Positions 30,663 to 43,075 of a DNA stretch of 64,000 bases are shown piece after piece. Position 1 is the first letter of the stretch; each line of letters opens with the position of its first letter. The notes under the pieces are model-generated. The model had not been told where the DNA came from. It searched no databases and saw only the letters and a list, made by a program, of their open reading frames with translations. Source of the DNA: the human T2T-CHM13v2.0 reference genome, Homo sapiens; NCBI RefSeq assembly GCF_009914755.1, contig NC_060925.1. One strand, given 5' to 3'. The position numbers and the translations under genes were made by a program.

Positions 30663-33299
30663 TAATTAACTTAAATGAAGTCTTTAGGATGGACTTTAAT
30701 CCAGTGATACTGGTATCCTTGTAAGAAGAAGAGATTTGGGCACAGACAAACACAAACTCAGAGAAGAGACCATGTGAGAACACAATGAGAAGATGGTCAT
30801 CTGCAACTAAAGAGAGAGACCTCAGAAGAAACCAAACCTGCTGACATCTTGATCTTAGACTTCTAGCTTCCAGAAGTGTGAGAAACAAACTTTTGTTGTT
30901 TAAACTCCCAAGTCTGTAGGATTTTGTTATGGCAGCCCTAGAAGACTAATACAGACAACATGTATAACGTTTATCATGTAATAAGATCACAATAAATGTT
31001 CATAGTTACTGATTTTTTATTATTTCATCAATATTATTTTCAATTAATTTCTAAAATCATTTACTGAGTGTCTACTCCCAGATTCTTCGCTATATGCTTG
31101 GGGATACCAATGTATGTAAGACAGTGTCTACCCTGCAGTAGGAGAGAAAGGGAAGCCAGTTTAGAATACAAGATATAAAATAGCTTACTTAAAAGACAAA
31201 ATGAGGTATGTGCCATTAGAGAAATCTATCTTTACAACCTTTTAGTTGCAGTGTCAATGTCTAAAAATGGAAGGGTTTTTTTTTTCATAATTTCTTTGAT
31301 AGCAAAACCTGACCTAAACTGAACTCATTCAATGGCAAGATTTGGCCTTAAGCTATTGTCTTACTTGATCCCATTTAGTGTGAATATTTTTGTTTCTGTT
31401 TGATTGGCTGTTTCTTTGCTGCCCCCATGATGTGGTGGCTCTGTAGTAATCCATCACTCTGTCTGGCTTCCCCCACTTCCCTGTCTCACTTCCTTCACTC
31501 TCAATGCACTGAAATTTCACCTCCACAGGAAAGCATCAAAGGTTAATTCCTGTCCCAGTTTCTGTTTTCTAAAGGACCAGGTCAAAGATAATTGCTACAG
31601 TGTTTTAAAAAGCACACCTACAGGATGGGATTTTGAAGTGGAGCTCCCAGTGTGTGTGAAAGCAAGAGGGAGGCCAGTGTAGTTGGCCAGTAGGATGGAG
31701 TAATTCATGGCAATCAACAGCATCACAATGAATACAATCATGGTTAACTGAGATGAGGTGGAAGCAAGGAGAGGACTTTGGGAAATCAATTAGCTGAGGC
31801 ACTTAATGTAATGGGAGCAACTATAATTATGAGATTGGTGAGTGCAACATTTTGATGGAATTGGAAACTTGCAAAAAAATAAAATAACAGGCTGAAGGTA
31901 GTTAGCTGTTAACATAAGGCACACTCTAAAAGCCACAGAGTCTCTGTGGAAAATTCGAAAGAGACTCTCATCTTATGCAGCTGTGGGACAGATGATCTGA
32001 AAATCAGATCCATGGTTTGAGTTGTAAAGTGGTAGAATTGCAGAAGACTAAATGCAAAGAGCCTGGAGGTGTCCTATGACAGGGCATTGCCTCTGACAGG
32101 GGAAAAGTGGGACTCGGAAACCTAGTATGAAAACATTTAGGACAAGCCTGGGACTCTTGAACCCACAGATTCCTCTAACTGTCCTGACCAGCAGAAGCAG
32201 ACTCTGTTTTACTGCTAAATAGCCTCCCCTTTCCTAAAGATCATGCGGCGACCACATAGGAAGTAGTTCCCTTGCAAGATGATGCCTGTTATCCTCAAGT
32301 TCCATCTGCCACACCCAATATTGCCTGTAGGTTGATAAATAGAGTCACCTCTCAGCATCCCAAGCAAGAAATTACAAGCCCTTCTCTTGGAAAAAACACT
32401 CTATATGCCAAAGGAATTAGAGAAACACTTGTGAGAAGTGGATAAATATATCTTGAAGGTGTTAGATAAGAGAGGGGAGGGAAGAATGGAGGCTGGAGAG
32501 GAAAGAATTCATTGACATGGGAGCCTTCAACCATGGTTCAGTTCAATGTCTTGACAGGGACAACTGGCACTGGACCTAATGGCTTATCAAGATACTTCTT
32601 TGAAGACTTAACTCAAAGATGGCTTTCAGTAAATGAAATGGAGATGCCAAAACTTTCTTTGTTAACATGGAAGTAAGGCTGGCGTATCAGGGAAGTGAGA
32701 ATGCTGGATAATTAGGTATGGCCTGAGAGCTTACCATCTCTGTTCTCTGAGAGGTTATAAAGAACACACCAGTTGTGGGGGATGGAGAGCACCAGCATTT
32801 TGGAAAAGCTCAGTGGTGACTTTCCCCAGCAGGCAAAGTTTGACAGTGAGAAATACTACCATAAAACTGAGCCCACTAATATCAGTGGTGTTAAATAATA
32901 TCCTAGAATGGCAGAGACCAAGTGGCAACTGTTAATCATCAGAGACTACACACAGTTATGTACCGTAAAGTTATCCAGGTCAGAGTGGCAATCAATGTGC
33001 CTGATCTGCAGGAACTATGGTAGTCCTAGGGGGAAAATGGGAAGGCAACCCACAAGGCTGTTGCTCAGTTATGTGACAACAAAATTGAGAGCTAAGAAAG
33101 CTGATGTCAGTCACGACAAAGGAAAATCCTGGTCTCTCACCAGTTTTCAAATCTAAGTCAGCTTCCTGATAGGGCTCATTGACTGAAGAGGAAGTCAGGT
33201 CTTCCAGGTGAAGGACCTTTTAGATGCCAGCACAAGTATATCCAGTAAATATTCTTTCAATCCTTTTTTCCCAGTGGGATCTGCAGCCTCCTATGGTAT

Positions 33300-36200
33300 A
33301 CTCTGGATTAAGGGGAATATCAGTATTTCTGAGGACTGTTAGAAACAGTACTGAGCTGTCCTTAACCCCAGAGTAACTTCAGTGCCATTGCAGTTCTTTG
33401 GTTAGAGTGAGGACTCGATGGAAGCCAAGTGATAAATACAGATGTGGTCTGAGTTCCTTTCACAACTGGCACTTATAATCTCCCATTTTCATTTTGTGCT
33501 TTCCAAATGTTTAGTTGGGTTAATTATAATTAATAGGTATCAGAATTTTCATATTTATTCCCTGACATGGGAATAAGGGATATTATTATAGGAAAATGAC
33601 CAAGTAGAAGTCCCTAAAAATGTCCTTCCCAACTCCCCACCCAAGTTAAGGTAGTAAATCAGAAGCAAAATAACATTCCTAAAGCAATGAAAAACATCAG
33701 TAATGTCATTAAGAATAGAAAGCATGGTGGTTTCTCATCTGTCCATTTAATTCACCTGTTTAGACTTTGCAAAATCTAGCGGATCTTAACATATGACAGT
33801 GAACATTTTTTTTTTCTGAGACAGGATCTCACTTTGTTGCCCATGCTGGAGTGCTGTGGTGCTATCAAAGCTTACTGCAGCCTTGAACTCCTGGGCTCAA
33901 GTGATCCTCTTGCCTCAGCCTCCCAATGTGCTGGGATTACAGGCATGAGCTACTATGCCCAGCTGATAGTGAACTTTTATAAGTGTAGCTAGTTGGCTTG
34001 TAGACTCAGTTGCAACTGTTGTGGTGGATATAGTATTTTCTCTTAAGAAGATGAACACAACCTCTTGCACTTGGTATGTAGGTATTGATTGGACAAATCC
34101 TTTGTTCTCAAAACTCAGTAATACAGAAGATTAAAAAGCAATTTTCATTTACATGGCAAAGACAGGAATATACCTACATTATCTTATTCATGAGTCGTGT
34201 TAGTTCTCCTGCCCTTTGACATAATATAATCTACTGGGACCTCAATCATCTTGATTGATCGATCACCTGATATTGCAGAAAATATCACACCAGCCTACTG
34301 TAATGATGATATCACACTAACTGGCCTCGAGAAGCAGGAAATGGTAAGTATGCTATAGCCCCAGTAAAATAAATAGCTGCATGCCAGACTATGGGAGAAA
34401 ATCATCAAGATTCATAGACCTTCATTTGTGAAGATTTTTAGTTTAGTTGGACATGCTGGGATATCTCCTCTGGGATAAAGAACAAATTGTTGTACTTTGT
34501 TTCTTAAGAAAGAAGCTCAATATTTGTTAGACCCCTTTGGGTTTTGGAAGCAATATTATATTGCATTTGGGAACACTAATGACCCACTTATGAAGTAACC
34601 CAGAAACTTTTTAGTTTTGAGTGAACTTCAGAACAAGAGGGATCTCTGTAGTGGGTCCCATGCTGTGGTGCAAGCTTTTCTGATACTTGGGCCATATCAG
34701 CAAATCCTATGATGCTAGAACTTTCTATGATTGATAAGATTGCAGTATGTCATCTCTAGCAAGCCCCTATAAAGCTCAGAACCTTAGGGTGCTGGCATAA
34801 GACTATACTGTAATTGGCAAAGGATCACTCTACATTTGTAAAATAGCTTCTGCTTTACTATTTGGCCATAGTAGACACTAAGCATCTCGCTACAGAGCCC
34901 AAATGACTCTACAACCTGAGTTAGCCATCATGAACTCATTATTACTAGATTCACCTAGTTATAAATTTGGGCAGAAAGAGTGGTTATTGATTATAGAATG
35001 GGAGTGATATATTCAGGACAAAGCTCAAGCAGATCCAGAAAGCCACAAGTAAATTCTAAGAAGAGGAGCCCATACTACCTCATCACCTTCCTGGGCTGTT
35101 CCCCAATGGCACTTCCCTCAATTCACATCATGACCTCATTGCAGGTAAGTGTGTGTGTATGTGAGGTGGGAGGTGGTGATATTCCTAAGCTAAGCAAGAG
35201 AAGAGAATGAGCATAGGCCTCATTTATAGATGGGTTGGCACAATGTTGGCAATCACCAGAAATGGACCATTGCTGAATTACAGCCCCACCTAAGGATAGA
35301 AGCGAAAGGAAATCCTACCCATAGGCAGAACTTTGAGAAATACATTTGGTCCTATACTTTGTATGGAGGGAGATGACATGAAGTTTGAAATACAGATATG
35401 CATTTATTCCTAGGCAGAAGCAAACAGTTTGCCCAATTGATCAGAGCCCTGGAAAGCATAATACTGTAAGATTAGGGGATAAGGAGTGTGGGGAAGAAGT
35501 ACATAATTTAACATATGAAACTGGGCCCCAAACATGAAGATCCTTGTGTCTCAGGTGCATGGCTGCCAAAGAACATTCACTGCAGTAGAGATTCTCATTA
35601 ACCTGCCGGAAGGACAAAATAACATTCCCTAGGGATGTCAGATAGCCTTTCTCCACAGTCACCTTAGTGCAAGGGTCCTATGATCAGAATGGCTTGGTGG
35701 CAAGGATAGAGGCTATTCTGGGATCTGCATGGGCTTTCTTTCACCAAGATTGTTCTAGCTGCTGACACTGCTGAGTGCTGCTAGTGGCATACAGCACAAT
35801 GGAGGCCCTTTTATGGTACCATTGGCTAACCAGCCACCGGTAGTAGGCCAATCAAGTAGATCTTTCTACCTTGAAAAGGCAGAGATTCATTGTTACTCAA
35901 ATTGATACACAATATAATTATTGATTTTCCTTTCCTGCTGTTAGCTTTCTGCTAGCAAAACACTTGTAGAATCTGAGGGCTTACAGAATGCCTTAGCCAT
36001 CAACATGATAACCCATATACCATAACCTCAGACTAGAGGGCTGCTTTTATAACAAAGAGATGATAGTGGGCTTATAACCATGAGAGCCACTGGTTTTACC
36101 AGGTACCCCCTTGTCCAAAAGCAGTCAGCTTCTGACAGCTTAGCTAAGATGCAAGATGGGGGACATTGTGCAGGATTGGGCTCTGTTTTTCAGCATGCAG

Positions 36201-36660
36201 AATATTCATTAAGCCAAAGGATGATATATGGAATTATTTCTCTAATATTAGAATACATGGATTTGGGAAACAATGAAAGTTGGAACAGCCGCTCTCACAC
36301 CCAATGACTCACTTTTGGAATTTGTATTTCATGCACCTGCAGCCTAAGCCTCTACCAGGATAAAGTCCTGATTGTCAGAAATGGAACGCTTCCTCCAGAG
36401 GAAACAGCAAGAATTCATTTGAACTGGAAGCTTTGACTAACACTTGGCCACTCTGGGTGTCTCATGCCAGCACATCAGCAGGAGTTGCTGGAATAATTGT
36501 AGCTGATTATCATGAAGAGCAATTGACCCTGATTACCATAAGAAGTTGGGCCTGCTACTACACAATGCAATTAGACAGGGAGAAGTATGTCTGGATCCCA
36601 GGGGAATCTTTTTTTTTTTAATTTCCAGGCCTAGTAATACTGTTAATGGACAATTACAGC
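33300..36660 (+). pseudogene. Dead ERV-L pro-pol-dUTPase
   Basis: Hand translation: GLLET (LLDTG-like, about 33333), PFNSPV (about 33743), TWYVGIDWTNPLFS, KQFSFTWQ, SSPAL, AYCNDDIT (YIDD position, 34299-34310), FIDG (RNase H, about 35223), KGQRF/IDT-like (integrase), LPPEET..IHLNWKL and AGIIVADYHEE (dUTPase); many stops and frameshifts. Confidence 0.85.
33806..33964 (-). mobile_element. Monomeric Alu (FRAM-like) inserted in the ERV-L RT
   Basis: Single ~150-nt monomer with poly-T; TSD ga(c/t)agtgaac. Confidence 0.9.
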
Positions 36661-36839
36661 AATTGCAACCCAATAAAGAAGGGCAACCAATGTCTCAGAC
36701 TCCTTGGGGACAAAGGTCCAGGTTATCCCATCAGGCCTTAGGTTTTTCAGGATTTTGAGAAGGATTATTGCCATGAGAGGACTAAGAAACTGTCTGGGTT
36801 TATGATTGTCCTCTCAGGAAGAAATAAGAACGTCTTATT

Positions 36840-36852
36840 CACACACACACAC

Positions 36853-36882
<30 letters not shown>
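36840..36882. repeat. (CA)n microsatellite
   Basis: About 21 units with one CG interruption. Confidence 0.98.
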
Positions 36883-36883
<1 letters not shown>

Positions 36884-37352
36884 AAGGAGACCTTATATTG
36901 AAGTATGCAAACTAGACATAAATTAGGAGGATGTGTGGTTCACAGCATAACTGTATTAAGCATTTCTTATCTGCTCAGATTTTCTCAGCCTCATCTGCCT
37001 TCTAGAACCTCTGCTACTCGTTCTGCCAAAACCAACACTTTGACCTAAATCTGTGGTTCTGCAGCCTGAGCCCCACCAACCTCGCATCCAAGTTTCTGAC
37101 TTCTCCTTCTACTTACAGATCTGATGAAATACCACACCACAAAATGAGGAATCTAGCTTCTCAAGTAGTTGTCAAAGGGGCCCAATTATATGCCCAGAAG
37201 TGCAAGGTACTTATCTACTTACGCGGTGAAATTTGACCAATGGGGAAAGGACATGAAAAAAAGTCAAGTAGATAAATTTCTTCTCTCTCCAAGGAAATTC
37301 TTATATGCATGTTTTTTCAATAGCCTATGGGAATATACCTTGTGCAGTCATT

Positions 37353-37545
37353 TAGTGGTATAATGGAACTGACTTTTGTAGGTTTTTAAGAGCCAATTAT
37401 ATACACCCCTTTCCAATCCTGCATTCAGTGATGTCACATTGGTAGCTTAAAATCAGCCGTGGTTGGACTATTTACACCACGGAAATTGGCAAACACTGCA
37501 CTCCATGGAGGGATGGTTGTTAAATATTTACTATACACACTACTG
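37353..37545 (+). mobile_element. MER63-type hAT-Blackjack MITE inside the ERV-L 3' LTR
   Basis: 'ttcagtgatgtcacattggtagcttaaaatcagcc...tatttacaccacggaaattggcaaac'; degenerate TIRs tagtggt...ctactg. Confidence 0.8.
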
Positions 37546-38142
37546 AGTCTAAATGACACACTCGCTGACTGACTGCCTATGTCTCTTCATGGCCTGCCAT
37601 GAAGCAGTGGCTCTAGCTGTAACATGTCTCCTTGCATTGCTACTCAGCCTTTCCTGCCTCATTTCCCGCCTCATTTCCCTTTTATTTTACTCTCACTGCC
37701 ACTGTGTATCACTTCCTAAACAAATGATCAACATTTAATCTATGTTCAGTCTCTGTTTACTAGGAACCTCAGACTAAGACAGGAGTTAAACGGAGTTGAG
37801 TAAAAGGATTTCAGATCTTTGTTGAGACTAGGGAACTCAGGATACTGTGGAACCCATTACATACTACGGAAATGCCTTCTGGCAACCACACGTGAACTTG
37901 GTGGTAAGAGTAAAGAAGATGATCAAGCTTATTCATGCTTGAATAAGTGAGAGGGGTCCAGTATGAAACAGGATTCTGGTATTTCTCTAGTTGAGAATGT
38001 TGGTCTGGATTCAAGAGTGCCTAACAGAGGTAAATACAGGAGAAGGTAAAAGACTGGAAGATCAGAACCAAAACACATTGGAGGTATCAATGAGAACAAA
38101 AGGCATATATAATAAATACAAAAGAGTGAGAAACTTCTTGGA

Positions 38143-38325
38143 AAATAATGTTTATTATTTATTTATATTTATTAATTTATATTTATTAATAACTATAAAT
38201 AAATAATGTTTATTATTTATTTATAGTTATTAATAAATATATATTAATATATATTAAAATATAATATATAATATATAATATATATTTATAATATATAAAA
38301 ACAAGTATTTTATTTCATATATATT
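38143..38325. repeat. AT-rich tract containing a perfect 30-bp inverted repeat
   Basis: Arms 38178-38207 and 38212-38241, loop gttt. Confidence 0.93.
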
Positions 38326-38359
38326 AATCCACCATTTGCCTTCACATGTATTTTCCTCT

Positions 38360-38745
38360 AGCAATTGGGGTCTTCTTGCTGTTCCTTAAATAAACCAACA
38401 TCAAGTGCCCAGAAAACTCAATGCCCAGATACTCATATGGCTTTTTCCCTCAATTATATTAGGCTGCAGCTCAAATATTACCTCCTCAGAGAAGTTGTCT
38501 GGGAGTGCCCTATCTAGAATAGCCCAATTCTCTCTATTCTCTCACTCGGCTTTATTTTTCTTCATAACCCTTATCACAATCTGGCATTATTTTGTTATTT
38601 CATTTTGTGTTTATTGCCTGTCTTCCTGAGTAGAATACAAACTCAATGAGGGCAGAGATATTATCCGTTTTAAATCCCTAGCACTTATAATAGTGCTGAG
38701 CACATAGTAGATCCTGTATAAATGTTTGTGGAGTAAATCAATAAG
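38360..38745 (+). mobile_element. L2 3' end
   Basis: 'ctcaaatattacctcctcagagaag', 'ctcaatgagggcagaga', 'gcacatagtag...aaatgtttgtggagtaaat'. Confidence 0.85.
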
Positions 38746-39266
38746 TATTAACTGTTAATTAATCCAATTGTTTATATTTAAATACATATTTTAAAGATGA
38801 ATAATAGCGAATAAAGACCCTGTGTGTGTCTGGCTCTCTCCTAGGTAGGCAGATCATGAAGTTTAAGGCTTAATTCCAATCTTTGAGCAATTTGTAATTT
38901 CACTGAGGTCATAAGGCATACACACACAAGCAACACATAAACAAACACACTGAAGATTAGTGTGTGATATATATCAAGTCTATTAGGAGAATTATATTTG
39001 ACAATGTTATAAGATTTCAGAAGACAGAATGCTGTGCATTGGAGCAATCAGAGAGATTTTTGGAAGAAGTAGGGTTTAATCACAACCATTAGAATTGGCT
39101 TTATATAGGGGGTAAAGGATAGAAAGGAATATTGTTTTGGTACTCCTCTCAAGCTTTACCAGTACTGAATATGTTCAGTACAAGCAACCTATTAAGATCC
39201 CAAACAAGCAACCTATTAAGACACCAAAATTGTTATTGGCTATTTGTCCACTTATTTTGCCTACAT

Positions 39267-39291
39267 CACACACACACACACACACACACAC
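39267..39291. repeat. (CA)n microsatellite
   Basis: About 12 CA units. Confidence 0.95.
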
Positions 39292-40128
39292 GCACATACG
39301 TAATCTAGGAGATTAGATGTGAGTTTAAGTTAATGATCAAGCAGCTGTGTGTTATGTTCTGAGCTCTGTTGTAAATGAGATGAATAAATATTGATTGGTT
39401 TAAGTGAAATAAGGAACACTAATTCAGGTGCTGAACTATGTCTGTATACCACTTTGGGAAGGGAAAAATAAGATAGATTCTGTTTGTCAGGGACTGACTG
39501 ATGTCCAGCCCAATGTCCTCATTTGGTGTCAGCCTCTGATAAAAATGAAGCCAGTTGATTTATTTGAGTTTTTTTTCACTCTGACTATTTGACAAAAACC
39601 CATTTAAATTGCCTTCATCAATTCTACTCTTTTATCCTGGTTTCAACTCTTATTTGTGATGTCTTATCCTCTCCACACTGGTTTAAATTTTCCATGTTTT
39701 AACTTTAATTTTTTTGAGTCCAAGAAATTCATCCACTTTAAGATTATTTCTCTATCTTGGTTTTTAAAACTAATAACTTAAAAAAATCAAAACTTCGGTT
39801 ACCAGCTCCTGAGGGTTTAAGTAAGAGTCAGTTCATAAATGAAATCTCTCTTAAAATACATTTTCCTTCTTGAGCTGATTTACAGATTTGTGTAAGGCCA
39901 GGAGCCTTTCTCCTTTCAGTTTCAGTGGTGGGATCATGTCTTTATCAGAAGCTCGTGAAGGAATGTTGCTTTTCTTAGTCATGTAGGAACAGAAAAAGCT
40001 AGAAAGGTCTTTTATTTCTAAACCTATTTATCTAGCCCATAAATATCTGACAGATTAGCAACACTACACTGGACATTAGAACAATATCAACTAATTAAGG
40101 GATTTGTGCTAGTTTTCTTCTCTTACAG

Positions 40129-40191
40129 AAAAGGAAGATGAATTCAATTCTTACTAATATTTACCAAAGCCACCCTAGAAATTATTCAAAG
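40129..40191 (+). other. Candidate 63-nt internal exon (unverified)
   Basis: Acceptor ttttcttctcttacag, donor aag|gtaaga, ctaat branch-like motif at 40091. Confidence 0.3.
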
Positions 40192-42445
40192 GTAAGATAT
40201 TCTGAGAGGAAAATGCAAATTTCTCTTTTCAGTTTAGGAAAATATTTAAATGTATTCAATAAGCAGTTTCCAGGAGTTTGATGGTGAGAAGAGTAGTTCC
40301 AAGAGAAACAAAGAACCAAGTGAGACCAAACAGGCAAATCATGGTAAACTTAAATACTCACGGAAGACAAGCCAATTAGGTTATTACTATTAAAGATTTT
40401 AAGAAACTTGCGCTCAGCCATAAAGGAAGAAGAATAAGTACTTGGAGGAATAGATATGCATTGAGTGTTGAAGGAGAAAATATCTGAATGAACCAGCAAA
40501 TCTTACAGAATTTTGTTACTTATTGGTTAAAATACAAGCATCTGTAAAAACCTAGATTTCTAGCAGCAAAATCTGTAGATTTATATTCCTGAGTGATGTA
40601 ATCCCATTGCTATATTTGCTGAAAAATATTCCTACTTGAGGCCAGAAGGATTAATATTGCTTTTCTGGTAATATACCAAGAAACACTCTGATGCCTTTTA
40701 AAACAAAGCAATACAACACTGTAAATGTACAAGCAACATTGCTCCGGGAAACACATTTGCCTGTCAAAGCCAAATAGTAATCCTAATTTAATGAACATCG
40801 TCAGTTTGCTGAGCCCATTGGGGAATGAAAGCGTCTTTAGGGAAAGCCTGAAAATGAACCGTACCAATTTATTACACAGCTTTTTATTTAGGGTGAAATT
40901 GAAGTGCCTGAAATACTTGACCAAAAGATTCACGAGTTCCCTCAAAACTGAGTTTATTATCCAAGATTATGCCTTAGATGTTGAAGGAAGAGGAAATAGT
41001 TATCTATATATAAAGATACTTGCCCTGTTCCCAGACGAGTTACTTACATCTTTGTGTCGTAAGGTCTCTGCAAATATACTTGTTTTAAGGAACAAAAACT
41101 CTTGTGCACAATCATAAAAGAAACCATATTGGATTCATTCATTTATACATCATCCATCATTATTATCTATCTTGCCATCTGGATCCTCCAGAGACAGGTG
41201 TGTGTGCAATTTGCACAGGGAGATGAGGGCTATATTAGTGTTATGAAAAAAGGACTATGGTAGCATAGATGAAAAAAGTGCTTAAACCTCCCTGAGATAT
41301 TGGCCCTTTTATAGAGAATTGCATTCCACAAGGCAAAATCCAGAACATTTAAAAAAAGTATTTTCTGGAATATCTTGTTTTTCATGGTGATGGCAGCTGT
41401 GGGGTTCACTGAGAAAGCCTTAGTCCGGAGCTTGTGTCAAGCTGTGCATGGGTCTTCACACAGGCCTTCTGACCTCTCAGATGTCAGCGGCCGTTTTCTC
41501 CTCCTGACATTCTTTCCCTGGCAGTCACTGTTGGTCTCAGGAAAGCAGGAGAGCAGACTCTTTCAAAACTGCGTTAAGCGGTACCAGCCCAGCTCAGGAA
41601 GACAGGTTTTGCAGTCAGCATGCCTTGACTATTCCCCACGCCTGCTCTCCCTGGACAATATCTTTTACTATTCTCTACAATTTAACATCTCACTTTATGT
41701 AGCGCTGTCTGGTGGTAGCTGGCATCCCCTTTTGTCTCAGAACTTTTAAAGCGCCCTTTCCTTTCCCCTTGGCCGTCATATGTGATTTCTGTATTTGTAT
41801 TTCTGTCTTCTCTATTAATGAGGCTGGGCACTGCGGAGGACACATATACACCCCTGTGTCAAAATGTTGAAAGTGTCTGGGTCTACCCGGGGACTTCTCC
41901 AGTGTGTGCAAGCTGGTACATTTTTCACGTGATGCCAGGAGCTCATAAGCAGCAGCTGAGGCTACTGGGTGAGATCTCAAGTCATAATCTTCTCTGAATC
42001 AGAAGCTAAGATCGCGCCTGTGGGTTTATTTCTTCCAGATCGCCTGATAAATCATCTGTAGCCTATTGTGGGATGTGGATATTTATGGTAATTACAGTGT
42101 GGGGTGAATTAGGAAAAATTAGGTAACATGAACAAGGACAGAAGCCATATAAATCGTCATGAAAATTTCTTCCTGGAAACTAGACTTGTGATATTTTATT
42201 GCCTTCTCCCAAGATGCCAGTAGCATCCTGAGATGGATAAAATTTCCTAAGATTCAATGAGCCACACTGGTCTCTCTCTTTACTACATTACCCTGGATCC
42301 CAGGGAGGCTACGGTGCTGAGCGGAGGTCCTGGTAGCTCTAACTGCCACTTACTTAAAATAACAAGTGATCTGTGAACATCCTTATGCAGAGGCAAGAAG
42401 TGAGAAGCAGAATTAAGGAATAGGATTTACTTCTTTAATACCTAC

Positions 42446-42850
42446 TGCATTAGGTTTCTGAGGCTGCTGTAACATATCATCATAAACTTCATGGCTAAAA
42501 GCAACAGAAATGTACTCTTTTGGTTCTGGAGTCCAGAAGCATGAAGAAAGCTCTAGGGGAGAGTCTGTTCTTTGGCTCTTTCAGCTTCTGGTGTTTGTTG
42601 GTATTTAATGTGGCTGCATCACTCTGATTTCTGCCTCTGTTCATGTTGCCTCCTCCTCTTTTGTCCACGTCTTCTCTCTTTCTGTCTCTTAGAAGAACAC
42701 TTGTGGTTGGGTTTAGGGTCTGCCTGGATAGTCCAAAAGGCTCTCATCTCTAGATCCTTCACTTAATTATATCTGCAAAGACACTTTTTCCAAATAAGGT
42801 AACATTCACAAGTTCCAGGGATGTGGACATGGACCTGTCTTTGGGGTACA
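42446..42850 (-). mobile_element. MLT1B/C-like solo LTR
   Basis: 'ggctgctgtaaca...aagcaacagaaat' and 'atctgcaaagacactttttccaaataaggtaacattcaca'. Confidence 0.85.
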
Positions 42851-42929
42851 GGAATTATTAAATGTATGTGTCAAGTTCTCTTCTAGACACTCTCTATATA
42901 TTATGTTAACTTTGAATTTCAGAAATCTG

Positions 42930-43075
42930 TATTCTAGGCATAGCTCTGCCACCAGCTAACTGTGTTACCTCAGAGTTATTTTCACCTGTCTGGGTTGCAG
43001 TTTCCTCGACTGTGAAATGAAGGAGTCAGATTAGATGACATCTATAGTTTCTTCCAGGCGTTAACTTTTAGTAAT
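42930..43075 (+). mobile_element. MIR fragment
   Basis: 'gctctgccacc..ctaactgtgttacc...cagtttcctc..ctgtgaaatga'. Confidence 0.75.

Larger units (their letters stand above)
31385..37781 (+). mobile_element. Ancient class III ERV-L provirus (LTR16 / ERV3-16A3-like): partial 5' LTR to 31590, internal 31591-36931, 3' LTR 36932-37781
   Basis: Homologous LTR 3' ends (tctgttttctaaaggaccaggtcaaagata vs tctgtttactaggaacctcagactaagaca); degenerate gag, protease, RT, RNase H, integrase and dUTPase in ERV-L order; no env seen. Confidence 0.88.

Noticed and set aside
40610-41997. ORFs of 71-130 aa in unique sequence
   Set aside because: No domain-like content, overlapping on both strands, lengths compatible with chance
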